From Eledone cirrhosa (taxonomy: Eukaryota): a DNA stretch of 64,000 nucleotides. The stretch is taken from NCBI GenBank assembly GCA_964016885.1, contig OZ024743.1, positions 371,070,001 through 371,134,000 of the forward strand, written 5' to 3'. Within the stretch, counting starts at the first letter, position 1. Each line of letters opens with the position of its first letter. Below, one piece after another: positions 30,269-44,918 of this stretch. Under the pieces are notes generated by a model. It was not told the origin of the DNA. It saw nothing but the letters and a program-made list of their open reading frames with translations, and did not search any database. A program made the position numbers and the translations under genes.

Positions 30269-30531
30269 TGATGATGATAGATAGATAGATATATTTCTTT
30301 ATTAGCCACAGGGGCACAAAAGAAGGGGACAAATACAAAGGGGGAAGTTTACATACAATAAAAACGTGTAAAATGTTATCACAGATGGAATTTAAAAGTT
30401 AGTCGATTTTCCCCAATAGAGGGAGACAGTTTATATGGGTAACACATACCCCCGAAAAAAAATGTGCAACCCTCATCTCCAGGAGTATGAAGAGCTTGGA
30501 CTCCTTTCCTCTCCTCCTCCTTTTCCTCAAC

Positions 30532-33500
30532 CTACAGGCTGATATAGAGAGAAGGCCCATTCACTCGGGCCATTCTCGCCACTTTCACCCACCTTTCATA
30601 AAACTTGCTGGGGTACAGCACCTCTCTCTCCATCCTGATTCTTCTTCCAAAGTGGTATTTGTAAAAAAGAATCAGTTGTTGGCCGGAGAGAAAGGTGTCT
30701 GACCTCAGCCCTTTCAACCTTGTCCACCATACAACCTCTTTCGCCATAGCTATCACACAAAGGAAAACCGCCTCTCCTTCGTTTTTGAAGGAGGGTGGCG
30801 GTTTGATCATGACAATGGACTCGGTGGTCAACTGGATTGGTCCCACCCGCGACAATAGTCGTTCTACATAGCCCCACAGGTTAGTGACGCCCGGGCAGTG
30901 TATGAATGCGTGCGCGACGGTTTCTTCGTCTCGCACGCACCTCGGACAGATCTTTTTTGCAGGGTCCCTGCCCAGGCGCCCATGTCTGTAGAGCTTGTCT
31001 CGAACTGGTAGAGCTCCTCTGTAGCACTGCCAGGCCAGGGACTTTTGGAAGTTGTCCATCGGTCCCGGGCGGAAGGTCCTACCGAACAGACTGGCCAGTT
31101 CATCTTCCTCTACGCCTAGAGTTTCACCGAGCGCGTCGTCGCACTTGCTGCGGACCAACCCTCTATAGAATGACGAAGTGGAGTCTCCACTGATCGCCGG
31201 GTCCGCCTGCCAGAGGGCTGTGAGCGCCTGAGCACATTCGATGTGCCAGTCGCCCATTTTCCTCGGTCTCTGCTTGACCCAGGACTGCAGCTCGGTCAGC
31301 GAGACGAGTCGTGGGAAGGCTCGCCTCACGAACGGGGCCCACACCGGTTGTCCGGTGAGGAATACGTAGAGATGCCGCAGCCTGAGCGCGTGTTTGCGCA
31401 TCGTCAACCACGGCATCCCAGCCCTCCGTTAGAAGGGTGTTGGCAGCAGATGGATCTTCTCACCAAAGGAGCCCGCCTCTTCCAAAGGAATCGGAAGAGT
31501 GCGCGCTCCATTTTGGCGAGCGTTTTGGCTGGACAAAGCACGACGGTCAAGCGGTAGTAGATGGCGGACGCTATAAAAGTGTTCGCCACCTCCGCTCGAC
31601 CTTTCAAGGATAGTTTGCACTCGGCCCACTTCTGGGTGAGTGCAAACACCTTGGCCGTCACTTCGTTCCAGTTCTTCTCCACCTGGAGGTCCGGACCAAA
31701 CCAGACCCCGAGCAGCTTTACCGGTCCTTCCGTCCAGCGTCCGACGACGCCATCGGAGGGCATCGGTCTGCCTCTCCACGATCCGAGTTGCAAACCGATG
31801 GACTTGTCCCGGTTCAGCTTCGCTCCTGTGAGACTTTCGTATTCCTTTAGTAAGGTGCCGACTTCCTCGATTTGCGAGGCGCTCGACACCATTACTGTCA
31901 CGTCGTCGGCGTAGGCCGACGCCGCTTTCCGCAGTCCCGGTTCCAGAGGGATGCCCTGCAATAGCTCCAGCTTCCGCAGTAGTGGCTCGAGAGTCAGTAC
32001 GTACAGAAGGGAGGAGAGAGGGCATCCCTGTCGAATGGATCGCGTAATATGGAACGGCTCCGAGAGGTAACCATTCACCTTGACCCTTGAGCAGATGTTG
32101 CTGTTGTGCATTGCAGCAATCCAGCCCCTGAACACGGGTCCGAAGCCTGCCGCCTCGAGCACCGCATCCAGGTAACGATGGTCAACCCTATCGAAAGCCT
32201 TAGACTGATCCAAGTTGATCAGGGCCCCACCGAAGCCGGGTTTACACCCTACCCTCTCTATGATGTATCGCATGAGGTGGAGGTTGTCGTGTATGGACCT
32301 GGTCGGGATCGCGCATGTCTGCGCTTCTCCCACCAGGTTCTCGACGACAAGCGCCAGCTTCTTTGCCAACACCTTGGCCAAAATCTGTAACTCTGTGTTT
32401 AGCAGAGTTATGGGCCGGAAGTTGCCTATGTCATCCCCCTTATTCTCGTCCTTCCTGATTAGTGTGACCACGCCCCCGGTTACAGAACTGGGAATTCTCC
32501 CGTTCTGTTGCCAGTTGCAGTAGACCGCTTCCAGGAGACCGGAGAATAAGTCCGGCATTGCTACGTAAAATTCGTAGGGTAGACCGTCGAGACCTGGAGA
32601 TTTGCGTTTGCCGCATTGGCTCAGCGCGTCCCCTATCTCAGTGGCTGAAATCGGCTTTTCGCAGAACTTCGCCTCGCTGTCCGAGAGTCGCGGTAGGCCG
32701 TCGAGGTATGGACCGAAATCCATAGCCTCTCCCGGCGCGCCGCTCCCCCCGAACAGCCGAGCAAAGTACCGCTGAAAAGCCGCTCACGTATTACGCGTCC
32801 GTTTTGGTCCTTCAAAGACCGAATCGTGGACTTGTTGCCACTTTTTGCCTCCGTCACTCGGGCCCAGCTAACAGCTTTGGCTCCCTCGTTTCCCAGAGCA
32901 CGTATTTTGCTTCTGACAACGCAGCCCTCGTGCTTTGCGTCGAAGAACTGGTCCAAGGCCGTTCTCGTTGCTAGCACGCTGGCTACGTTGCCACTTCTAA
33001 TTGCCTCTTCTACTTTATCTACCAGTTCCTTCTCGGTTCTATTTCTATCTAACGCTAATTCTTTACTAAAAAATATTGAGTCTAATCTAACTGCCCTCTT
33101 GAGAGAGTACCACCATCTGTTGTTGACAATGGCCCCTGTCAAGTGCTGTTTAACTAAAGTGCTAATCCGTCTACTGTAGGTTTTGCTTGTCGGTAACGAC
33201 AAGTTCAGCTTCAGTAGCCGGGTCCTTGTCTATGGGTTCTATCAAGGTTGGCTATGCAGGTCACTAGTTTGTGATCTGAATAGGCAACCATGAACATTTG
33301 TGGACAGCTTAACATCCTTATTTCTAACTAGAACCCTATCTAGGTACGATCTAGATGTTCCGCTACGATTACTCCACGTCCACAGTGGCGCAGTCGGAAA
33401 ATCTAGTCGATATCTATCGGCCAGGTCAAATCGGTCGATTAACTGTTTGAGGCTGTTACACCCCCCTTTATCGGGACATGCTCCCACATAGTCCCAACGT

Positions 33501-33943
33501 GCATCTAGGATTCCATTCCAGTCCCCCACTAAAAGCAAGAAGCGGGACGTTCCCAGAAAAGTCTCTAGACGTTTGAAGAAGTCTGGCCGCGGTGTCCCAG
33601 ATGGGGCATATGCGGCCACCAGCCTGAACGCTCCACCTTCACTACCGTCAACGTCTAGGACCACCAGTCGACCCTCCGGGTCCAGATGTACCGTCTGTGT
33701 TACGAGGCCCAGGTGTTTCCGCAGCAAAACGGCAACTCCGCCCCCACCCCCCGGTTGACAGAGAGATGCGTAGATCTCAAAGTCATCGAAGATGGGGGCC
33801 AGCTGTCGCTCGCCGTGGATCCTGGACTCGCAAATGGCTACCACATCCAAACTGTGCGACCTGAGGTCGTTTAAGAGTTTGCCCTGTTTCCAGGGCATCC
33901 CCAGGCCGCGTACGTTCACACATCCAACTCTTATATTGGCCAT
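30532..33943 (-). pseudogene. L1/Tx1 ORF2 (APE + RT + C-terminal zinc-binding domain) in four frameshifted pieces
   Basis: NVRGL, GDWN, SYLDRV; [37 protein letters not shown]; CPRC..ETVAHAFIHC. Confidence 0.92.
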
Positions 33944-33976
33944 GTTGGTGCTGAAAAGTTAAAAGAGGAAAAGAGA

Positions 33977-35903
33977 TCACTCACCCTTCGCCTCCTGGGG
34001 ACCAGGCCGCACGATTTCCATGGGTGTGTTGGAGGGGTTGTCTGGATGGGTGGTGGTTTCCGGCGGGGTGGGGACGCAGATGTTTGGTGGGGTGGGGTCT
34101 GGTGGGATGGGGGTGTCTGGGGTGGGGTCTGGTGGGATGGGGGTGTCTGGGGTGGGGAGGCATTTGAGAAGGACGCGGTTGAGTGGTTTCACGCAGGAAT
34201 TCCCCACATCCTTCTCAAATGTTTCTTTTAGGGACCTATAAGTTTGTATAGGGACCCTAATCAGTTTTAGGTTCAGTTTTTTTGCTATTTTTAATAGAGT
34301 GGGCGAAAGTTTTCCCTTCGGTGAAAACCGAAGGGTCGTTCGGATGGTCTCCATTAGTGTTTTGTTTTCAGTGTTTATGTAAGTGTAAGTGTACTTTTCT
34401 TGTGTTGTGTTTGTTTTTGTCTGTAGTTCTTGTGTGTGCTTTCGTTTTGTTGTAGGTATTTTGTTTTCAGGAGGTGGGGGTTTTGTTTGTGATATTTTTG
34501 TTGTTTGTGGTAGTGTTTGCTGGTTTTTTGCTTTTGTGATGTCTTTTCTTTCTTTTCGAGCGATGGGGTTCTCCCTCGTCTTCACTGGGTGATGGCGAGA
34601 TAGCCTCATCTGTTGTATCGTCTGTGTGATTGGGGAGGGGTATGTCTTGGGGAGCTGTTGTGTCTGTATGTGATTTTGCAGTGGTTTTAGGTGGAGTGGG
34701 GTTGGGTGGGACTGTGTTTGTTGTGGTTATTTTTGTGTGTTGGTGTTGTTGTTGTTGTGGTGGTGTTGGTGGTTGTGTTGTTTTGATGGGTGTCGGCAAA
34801 AGAGCCTTTTTTTGGTTCATTAGTTTAGGACAGGAAGCCCTCAGGTGACCCCTGCTAAAGCAATGGTAACATGAAGGTCGCCTACCCTCAACCGAAAGGT
34901 TTATGTAGGTGAGTCCATCCAGGAGTACACGCTGTGGGATCATAGCTATTCGCTCTGGGCTCATTTGCACCAGAACTTCAATGCTAGTCCCATTGAATAC
35001 ATCTCTGGGGGACTTTCCTACTGACAGTATTCTGTCTTCATCAAAATTGATGAAGCCGCACAGTATCCACCATATGTTCACCTTTGGTGTGACACTTGTG
35101 ATTCTGATCTTTTGTGTCCTTTTTCCCATGTATGTAGGGAAAAAGGTGTACAGGTTGGATACAATTGGCGACACAGAGTAATTTTGGGCCGTCAATTGAT
35201 CCTTCATGAGTACCGAAATACTCCCAAAAAGTTTGCTTCTTTGAATGAATGCAATATCATTCATTGAATCTTTGAAAACCAGTTCAATATCTTTCTGTGA
35301 CAATTGGACTGGTTTTCGGGTAGAATTGGAAACTGTCCTAAAAACTATCGTTTTGAGAGCAGTTTCCTTGCGAATTTCTACCGGAGAATTGATGCTGAAA
35401 GCACCATTTTTTTCGAAGGTGACATATCTCTTAGCGTCCTTTAAAAGGTGTTCAGCATTTGTTATGTCGAGATATATCAATTGTTCTTTCTTTTGAACTT
35501 TCTCCGCAAAGGAGATTTTTGGTTTCTTTGTGGAATCCGTATTGGTGGTGTTGTCATTATTGTTGTTATTGTTGTTGTTATTCTTGTTGTCACCGATGTT
35601 GGTATCATCCGTATTTTCCTTGGTGTTGTTGTTGTCTTTGATGCTGGTGTTATTGGCGTTGTCTTTATTTTTTTCTTTGTTGTTGTTATCATTGTTGCTT
35701 TTATCATCATTATTGGTTTTGCTGTTATTTTTGTTGTCATTGAGCTGTTTGGTGTCATTTGTGTTGTTTGGATGTGAATTCGTTTTTTTATTTTCATTTT
35801 GTCTTTCCATCTCTATAGTATCTAGTGAAGAAGACGTTGTTGACTGCGAGCTTTGTAGTCTTACCGCCTCTCCACCACCATTATCGTTGGACGCAGCGTT
35901 CAT
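33977..35903 (-). pseudogene. L1/Tx1 ORF1 (Asn-rich N-terminus, CCHC zinc knuckle), probably one frameshift near 34470-34500
   Basis: ORF 34467-35903 with GRRPSCYHCFSRGHLRASCP, continued by ORF 33977-34609. Confidence 0.8.
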
Positions 35904-36120
35904 AACGTAATCAAAATTTTACAATATTTTTTCCAAGATTCGATGGAGAAAAATTTTTTAAATGGATATTCCGCCCCTGAAGGGGCGAAAATGAGTTGAC
36001 CCACCACCTGAAGGTCCAGACGGGTGGTCAAGTTACACAATGATATAAAATTGAACTAAAAACTCACGTTTTTTTCTTACATAAATTAACGGAAACTTCT
36101 CCGCGAAGTGACACACAACT

Positions 36121-36270
36121 GATAGATATATTTCTTTATTAGCCACAGGGGCACAAAAGAAGGGGACAAATACAAAGGGGGAAGTTTACATACAATAAAA
36201 ACGTGTAAAATGTTATCACAGATGGAATTTAAAAGTTAGTCGATTTTCCCCAATAGAGGGAGACAGTTTA
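36121..36270 (-). mobile_element. 150-bp 3' fragment of the same L1/Tx1 element
   Basis: Matches ~30284-30433; flanked by direct repeat acacaactgatagata at 36113-36128 and 36270-36285. Confidence 0.9.
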
Positions 36271-36319
36271 CACAACTGATAGATAGATAGATAGATAGAT
36301 AGATATATAGATATATGTA

Positions 36320-37613
36320 CAGGATGTGGACGATATTTGTTTCCAATTTTCAACTGCTAATTATATGCAAAATTTTTTTCTTCCGTTGTCACTCTTGTCT
36401 TCATAAAAACAGTGACTATATTTCCATTATTTATTTTCAGAATAATTGATTATGAATAATTTTGAACCTCCAAATTTGTGGAAGAGACACGGAGTTCTTC
36501 TTGGAATCCGCGCCGGGAGGACAAATAAGGAAATTTCAGACTTTCTCAGTGTCAGCAAGAGAATGGTGGAAAAGGTCAGAAAGGAATTGGAAGATTCAGG
36601 ATTCGACTACGAAGGAACATCAGAGAGGAAAACACATGATCGACGATCTGACGCCTCCAGAAGACCCGAGTTCGTCGCTGAAGTTCAGGATATCATCAAC
36701 AATGAACCTAGCAAGTCGATGCGTGCCATTGCAAGGGAGAAAGGCGTGGATGAAAATCTCATTAGGCTGGTGGTACATGACGACATTCACTACGTCTCAT
36801 ACAAGATGAGGAAATTACAATTTCTGTCAAAGGCGATGCAAGAAAATCGACTGAAGCACGCAAAGAAGTTGATTAACAAGTTGAAACACCCACTGGAGCC
36901 AGACATGCTGTGGTTTTTCTCTGACGAGATAAACTTCTGCCAAGACCGGAAGGTAAACACCCAGAACAACAGGTGGCTCGCTGTCTCATCCAAAGACATG
37001 CCCAGAGTCATGCAGACAAAGTTTCCAGCAACAACATTGGTCTTAGGTGTTGTCAGCAGTCAAGATGACGGCATACCACCTCACTTCTTCCCTGAGGGCC
37101 TCAATCTGAACACCGATGACTACATCCGCGTTCTGAGTGCGGTAGTAAAGCCCTGGATCGACCAGGTAGCTGCAGGTAGGCCGTACGTGTGGCAGCAAGA
37201 CTCAGCACCCTGCCCTACCAGCCGAAAGACCCAAGCCTGGCTGTTAGAGAACTTCGTCGACCACACTTCACCTAACATCTGGCCTCCCAGCTCGCCTGAC
37301 TGCAACCCCTTCGACTTCTTTGTGTGGGGCGCAGTAGAACGAGACACCAACAGATCTAGCTGCAATACGAAAGACGATCTGAAGGCCAGGATCACAAGTG
37401 CCTTTAGGGGCCTAAGTCGGGGGACAGTGACGAAGGCCTGTAGCCAGTTCCGAGACCGTCATCAAAACTAATGGCGGGTTTATCGAATGAGATCGAAAGA
37501 ATAAGTCATGAAGACAAACTGACCCAAGTTTGATAAATATATCTTAAAAAATAAAACTACTGTGTTATTTTTTCTAGACAGTAATCTTGCGAACAAATAT
37601 CGTCCGCACCCTG
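36320..37613 (+). mobile_element. Tc1/mariner superfamily transposon, DD37D (maT)
   Basis: 22-bp TIR CAGG(A/G)TG(T/C)GGACGATATTTGTT; TA TSD at 36318-19 and 37614-15. Confidence 0.93.
36446..37471 (+). CDS. DD37D transposase, ~340 aa, open reading frame (first ATG at ~36452)
   Basis: FSDE, WQQDSAP, SPDCNPFD with 37 residues between the 2nd and 3rd Asp; N-terminal HTH-like region. Confidence 0.88.
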   Translation: MIMNNFEPPNLWKRHGVLLGIRAGRTNKEISDFLSVSKRMVEKVRKELEDSGFDYEGTSERKTHDRRSDASRRPEFVAEVQDIINNEPSKSMRAIAREKGVDENLIRLVVHDDIHYVSYKMRKLQFLSKAMQENRLKHAKKLINKLKHPLEPDMLWFFSDEINFCQDRKVNTQNNRWLAVSSKDMPRVMQTKFPATTLVLGVVSSQDDGIPPHFFPEGLNLNTDDYIRVLSAVVKPWIDQVAAGRPYVWQQDSAPCPTSRKTQAWLLENFVDHTSPNIWPPSSPDCNPFDFFVWGAVERDTNRSSCNTKDDLKARITSAFRGLSRGTVTKACSQFRDRHQN

Positions 37614-37646
<33 letters not shown>

Positions 37647-37759
37647 GTATATGTATGTATATATATAAATGTATATATATGTATAAATGTATATGTATAT
37701 ATATATAAATGTATATCTATGTATATGTGTATATATATATATAGTAATAATAATAAATT

Positions 37760-39058
37760 TGAAGACTAAAATCCAAAGAGGGCTCGATAAGGATAAATAT
37801 ATATCAAATATATAAGAACCGTAGAGCAAATATAATATGGAGGTGGCCACACCATTAGCTAAGATCTTTCTTTCCCTTATTACGAAGCATTTTCCCCCTA
37901 CACATAAATATAGTAAAAATTTTTAATAGAAATACTATTAAAATTTCTTACTCTACGACTCCTAACCTTGCACATAACATCACAGCTTCAAATTTAGCTA
38001 AACTACCTAGCCGTAGGAACACGTGCAACCCTGTAGTTAGTACTAACTGTAATTGTAGGAATCGGATTGATTGCCCCCTATCCGGGAATTGCCTCTCTAG
38101 TAACATTGTCTACAAATGTAAGGTTGTAACACCCACGTCCCGTAGGGCCTACATAGGGTTAACCGCCAATAGTTTCAAGCAGCGTCTTTACATGCATACC
38201 CATTCTTTTCGTTACCCTCTAAGAAGGAATATGACGTCACTTTCAGCTTATATCTGGAGTCTAAAAGACAACCACACCCAATATAAGTTACACTGGGAGA
38301 TCCTAGCTAGGGCTAGATCGTATAACGGAAATAAAAGACCATGTGATCTCTGCGCCGCTGAGGCACTGGAAATACTCTACGCCACAGACCACATCTTAAA
38401 CAAAAAATCTGAGGCAATTTCGGCTTGTAAACATAAATTGCACAAAACTTTCCTGTATATACTCTAACGGATAGTACGATCTATACGTGGATATTTTACG
38501 TCTTGATGTGGTAACTAAGTATATGTTTTGTTTATACCATTACTTATTTGCATAGGTAAGTATATATTACCTGTATGTTTTGTGAAGGTACGTATACCTT
38601 CTCGTACGTATATTTGATTGTATATGTTATGGCGTGTAATTTTATATTTTCTGGTACATATGGTTTGGTTATGTGTATACGGGTGTTTTGCGTCTGTGTG
38701 AGTATGCAGGTTCGTACGTATGTAGGAAAATTGTGTTACTACTGGTATCGTACTAACTGACCTTACCGAGAAACTGGCCAATCACGAGTATTTTATACCA
38801 TAAACGTGGTTCTGTCTTTGCGCGTAATTGTTTTTCACCACTCCTATTAATGACGTATTTTATTCGTTTTTTCCCGTTCTTTGCCAGGGAACGTTTCCAC
38901 GAACCAAAGTATCGTCTTCCTGTCTTCCTCCGGTTGCAACGTTTTTTTAAATATCCAGTTCTGTGTTTACAGATTGACTTTGTTAGTTTCAGAAGATCCC
39001 GTTAAGGGTGAAAGCAGCGATTCTTTGCTTAAACTTTAATCTGTTATTTTAATAAATA
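37760..39058 (+). mobile_element. Penelope-like element 3' portion (linker, GIY-YIG, 3' non-coding region with hammerhead)
   Basis: [23 protein letters not shown]; CNCRNRIDCPLSGNC; IVYKC..AYIGLTANSFKQR; CDLCAAE. Confidence 0.88.
38971..39042 (+). ncRNA. Type I hammerhead ribozyme, U4A core variant
   Basis: agttt-CAGAAGA-tccc-gttaa-gggt-GAAA-gca..tgc-TT-aaact; stem I extension agattga/ttaatct. Confidence 0.6.
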
Positions 39059-39144
39059 TATATATATATATATAAACTTATATGTATATATATGTATTTA
39101 TATATATATATATATAAATGTATATGTATATATATCATCATCAT

Positions 39145-39484
39145 GGAGGCACATGGCTTAGTGGTTAGAGCATTGGCCTTGCAATCAAAAGGTTGTGAGT
39201 TCAATTCTCAGACCGGGTGATGTATTGTTTCCTTGAGCAAGACACTTTATTTCACATTGCTCCAGTTTACTCAGCTGTAGAAATGAGATGATGGGGACTG
39301 GGGTCCCTATCATTCCACTGCAAAGTGGTCGTGGAGATGCCACGGCAAAAAAGCACCCAGCACTCACTGTAAATGAGGTTGGTGTTAGGAAGGGCATCCA
39401 GCTGTAAAAATCAAGCCAGAATCAGTTCTTGTCCCATCCTTGCAAGCAGGGAAAAACGGACGTAAAATGAAATGATGATGATGA
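39145..39484 (+). mobile_element. tRNA/RTE SINE, copy 2
   Basis: Homologous to 9759-10100; ATCATCATC on both sides. Confidence 0.9.
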
Positions 39485-41233
39485 TCATCATCATCATCAT
39501 CTTCGTTTAACGTCCATTTTCCACGCTAGCATGGGTTAGACGGGAGTTGTCCCACTTGAGGCAAGGTTGGTCGGGTGACCATGTCTTGCTCATATAGGAC
39601 TATCTGGCAGGTTTTCTACGGCTGGATGCCCTTCCTAACACCAACCACATTTACAGTGTGGAACTGGGAACTTTTAACCGTGTTACCTACACGGCCACAT
39701 TACAGCGTGGACTGTGTGATTTTTTTCTCGTGACACCTACATGATCTCGATCTCATCTCATTTATTTGGACTGGATGTTGTGGTACCAACTTTACAGAGA
39801 GAGGGTGGTGTTGGTGGGAGTGGGGGGATAGGGTAGGGGGAGTGGATTGTGGTGTATATTTGGTTAAGAGGTGCCTACTGACTAGGTTTCGCTTTGTACA
39901 TAGGCAAGGCGGGTCTTCTGTATTATTGCATAGCGCCAAAGATCTCGGTCGAGTGGCATTGTCTTAGAGAGGTGCAAGTATGTAAGGTCGGAATTTATCA
40001 GATCGTCCCAGGTTTTTTCTGGGTCTACCTACTCCGTAACTACCATCAATTTTGATCGCCCTGCACTTTTTTATACAGCTGTCGTCTTTCATGCGCATCA
40101 CGTGACCATACCAACGTAGTCTTCTTTCGAGTAAACAGCATCTGATCCCTCTTATTCCTAATTTCTCCCATTTATGCTTTGCCGTTCACGTATATTACTA
40201 TTACACATCCAACAGAGCATGCATGCTTCGTTCCTTTCCAGTCTGCGCAGGTCCTCTGCATGTAATGCCCATGTCTCACTGCCATGCAGCATTGCTGTTT
40301 GTATACAAGCATCATACAATCTGCCTTTCATTTTTAAAGAGAAACCTTTTGTGGCCAACAGCGGTATAAGCTCTCTGAACTTTTTCCATCCCGTTCTGAC
40401 TCTGGCTACTTTACTTTCAGAACACCCTCCTCCACTGCTGATTTCGTCACCCAGGTAACGGAAAGTGTCTACTATTTCTATAGAACCATCTGGGCAATAG
40501 AAGGAGCTAGTATGCTGTGGACACCTACTACTTATTGCACCTGAGCATCGGCCACATATAATGTCTACGTTCTTAGAAAGTTTACCTGTGATCCCACTAC
40601 ATCTTTTATGTACCCATACTTTGCATTTGGGATATAAAATTGAATTTCTGCCTACTCCTTTCCTACACACTGAGCATGGCCATCTCCCTGAGGGTACCTA
40701 TGCCTTATTTTCCTTTCTACAAACTAGCACTTTAGTCTTAGACAAGTTAACTTTAAGGCCTTTTGATTCTAGGCCATGCTTCCATGTTTGGAATTTCTTC
40801 TCTAGTTCAGCCATTGATTCAGCTATGAGAGTTAGATCATCTGCGTATAGGAGTTCTCATGGGCAGCTGGTCTTGAACTCTGTTATAGCCTGAAGGGCAA
40901 TAATAAATAGGAGGGGGCTAAGGACAGAGCCTTGGTGAACACCAACTTTTACACTAAATTCTTCACAATGCTCATTGTTAATTCTAACCTTACTGACTGT
41001 TTCATTATACATAGCTTGTATAGCTCTCACAAGCCATTCATCTACACCTAGTTTTCTAAGAGCCCACCAGATAATGGAGCGGGGGACTCTGTCAAAGGCT
41101 TTCTCCAGGTCTACAAAAGCTAAGTAGGGGGGTTTACTTTTAGCTAGGTACTTCTCTTGTAGTTGTCGTACAAGGAAAAGAGCGTCTGTGGTCCTTTTAC
41201 CTGACACAAACCCAAACTGCATTTCATCTAGTT
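39484..41233 (-). mobile_element. RTE-B-related LINE, 5'-truncated and frameshifted
   Basis: ORFs 40857-41222 and 40158-40670; (CAT)n tail and structured UTR. Confidence 0.9.
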
Positions 41234-41511
41234 AAAAATACAAGAAGATTATTTAGAAACAACCAGACAGAATTATAGAATAGAATAAATATGAATGAAT
41301 GAACCAATAGGCTGGAGAGAGATCAGAAAAATGGCATTTACATTATAATTCGCAGGAACGAGGTCTCACCATTTTTGAGCGTTGACAAATTCTGGGATTC
41401 TTACCTCGCTACAGGTTTATTTATATTTGGAGAGAGAGAAGGGGAAGGGAGCGATTGAAGGGGTGTACTAGCCAGCGCGTAACAGGCTATAGTGGGGTCG
41501 GGGGGTAAAGG

Positions 41512-42105
<594 letters not shown>

Positions 42106-42560
42106 AGGGCAAAGGAGCTCGTAAGAGTCAATGACCATCCAAAATCACCGGGAGAGATGACCCCTTAGCCTTTGTCAAGGCAGAATTCTAGGAGAAGGAA
42201 AACTCTGATATAACACCTGCAACCCTGATGGTATCCAATGATGTTGACTTGTTCTTCTTTTTGGTAAATATCATCTTGGTTAAGAGAGTGGGACTGGCTT
42301 TGTGCAGTGCCTTTGCTCACTATAAAAGCTTCACGGCACAGGCATTGCTTTATATCTGGAGATCTCTCTGCACTTGTCGTCACATGGTACCATGGGCCCA
42401 GCACTATGTGTCAATAATTGTCACAAGTGTAGTGTTTGTACCAGAGTTTTCAAGTCGCTGGCTGGACTAAAAAGTCACACTCGTTCAGCGCATCGGTAGG
42501 GGTTCTCCTACATGGATATAAAGTAGTGGCCGTACTCGAAAACGAGTTGGCAGCCACCAT
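42106..42560 (+). mobile_element. Bipartite non-autonomous RTE derivative (5' UTR + ORF terminus + 3' stem-loop), copy 1
   Basis: ctaggagaaggaaaactctga 5'UTR-type motif; C2H2 mini-ORF; terminal hairpin actcg-aaaa-cgagt; runs into (AT)n. Confidence 0.75.
42392..42499 (+). CDS. 35-aa C2H2 zinc-finger mini-ORF (RTE C-terminal remnant)
   Basis: [35 protein letters not shown]; fits C-x2-C-x3-F-x5-L-x2-H-x4-H; expression unknown. Confidence 0.4.
   Translation: MGPALCVNNCHKCSVCTRVFKSLAGLKSHTRSAHR

Positions 42561-44918
<2,358 letters not shown>

Larger units (their letters stand above)
30276..36120 (-). mobile_element. L1/Tx1-clade LINE, full length, frameshifted, flanked by (GATA)n
   Basis: 5' UTR, ORF1 with CCHC knuckle, ORF2 APE-RT-Cys domain, AATAAA and a (TATC)n tail. 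Confidence 0.92.

Noticed and set aside
35970-36030. Hammerhead-like CTGAAG..GAAA in the Tx1 5' UTR
   Set aside because: The sequence is CTGAAGG within a simple hairpin, is antisense to the element, and has no stems I or III.
41234-41510. Unassigned ~280-bp island between an RTE 5' break and a TA array
   Set aside because: No ORF, terminal repeat or ribozyme motif that I can support; left unannotated.
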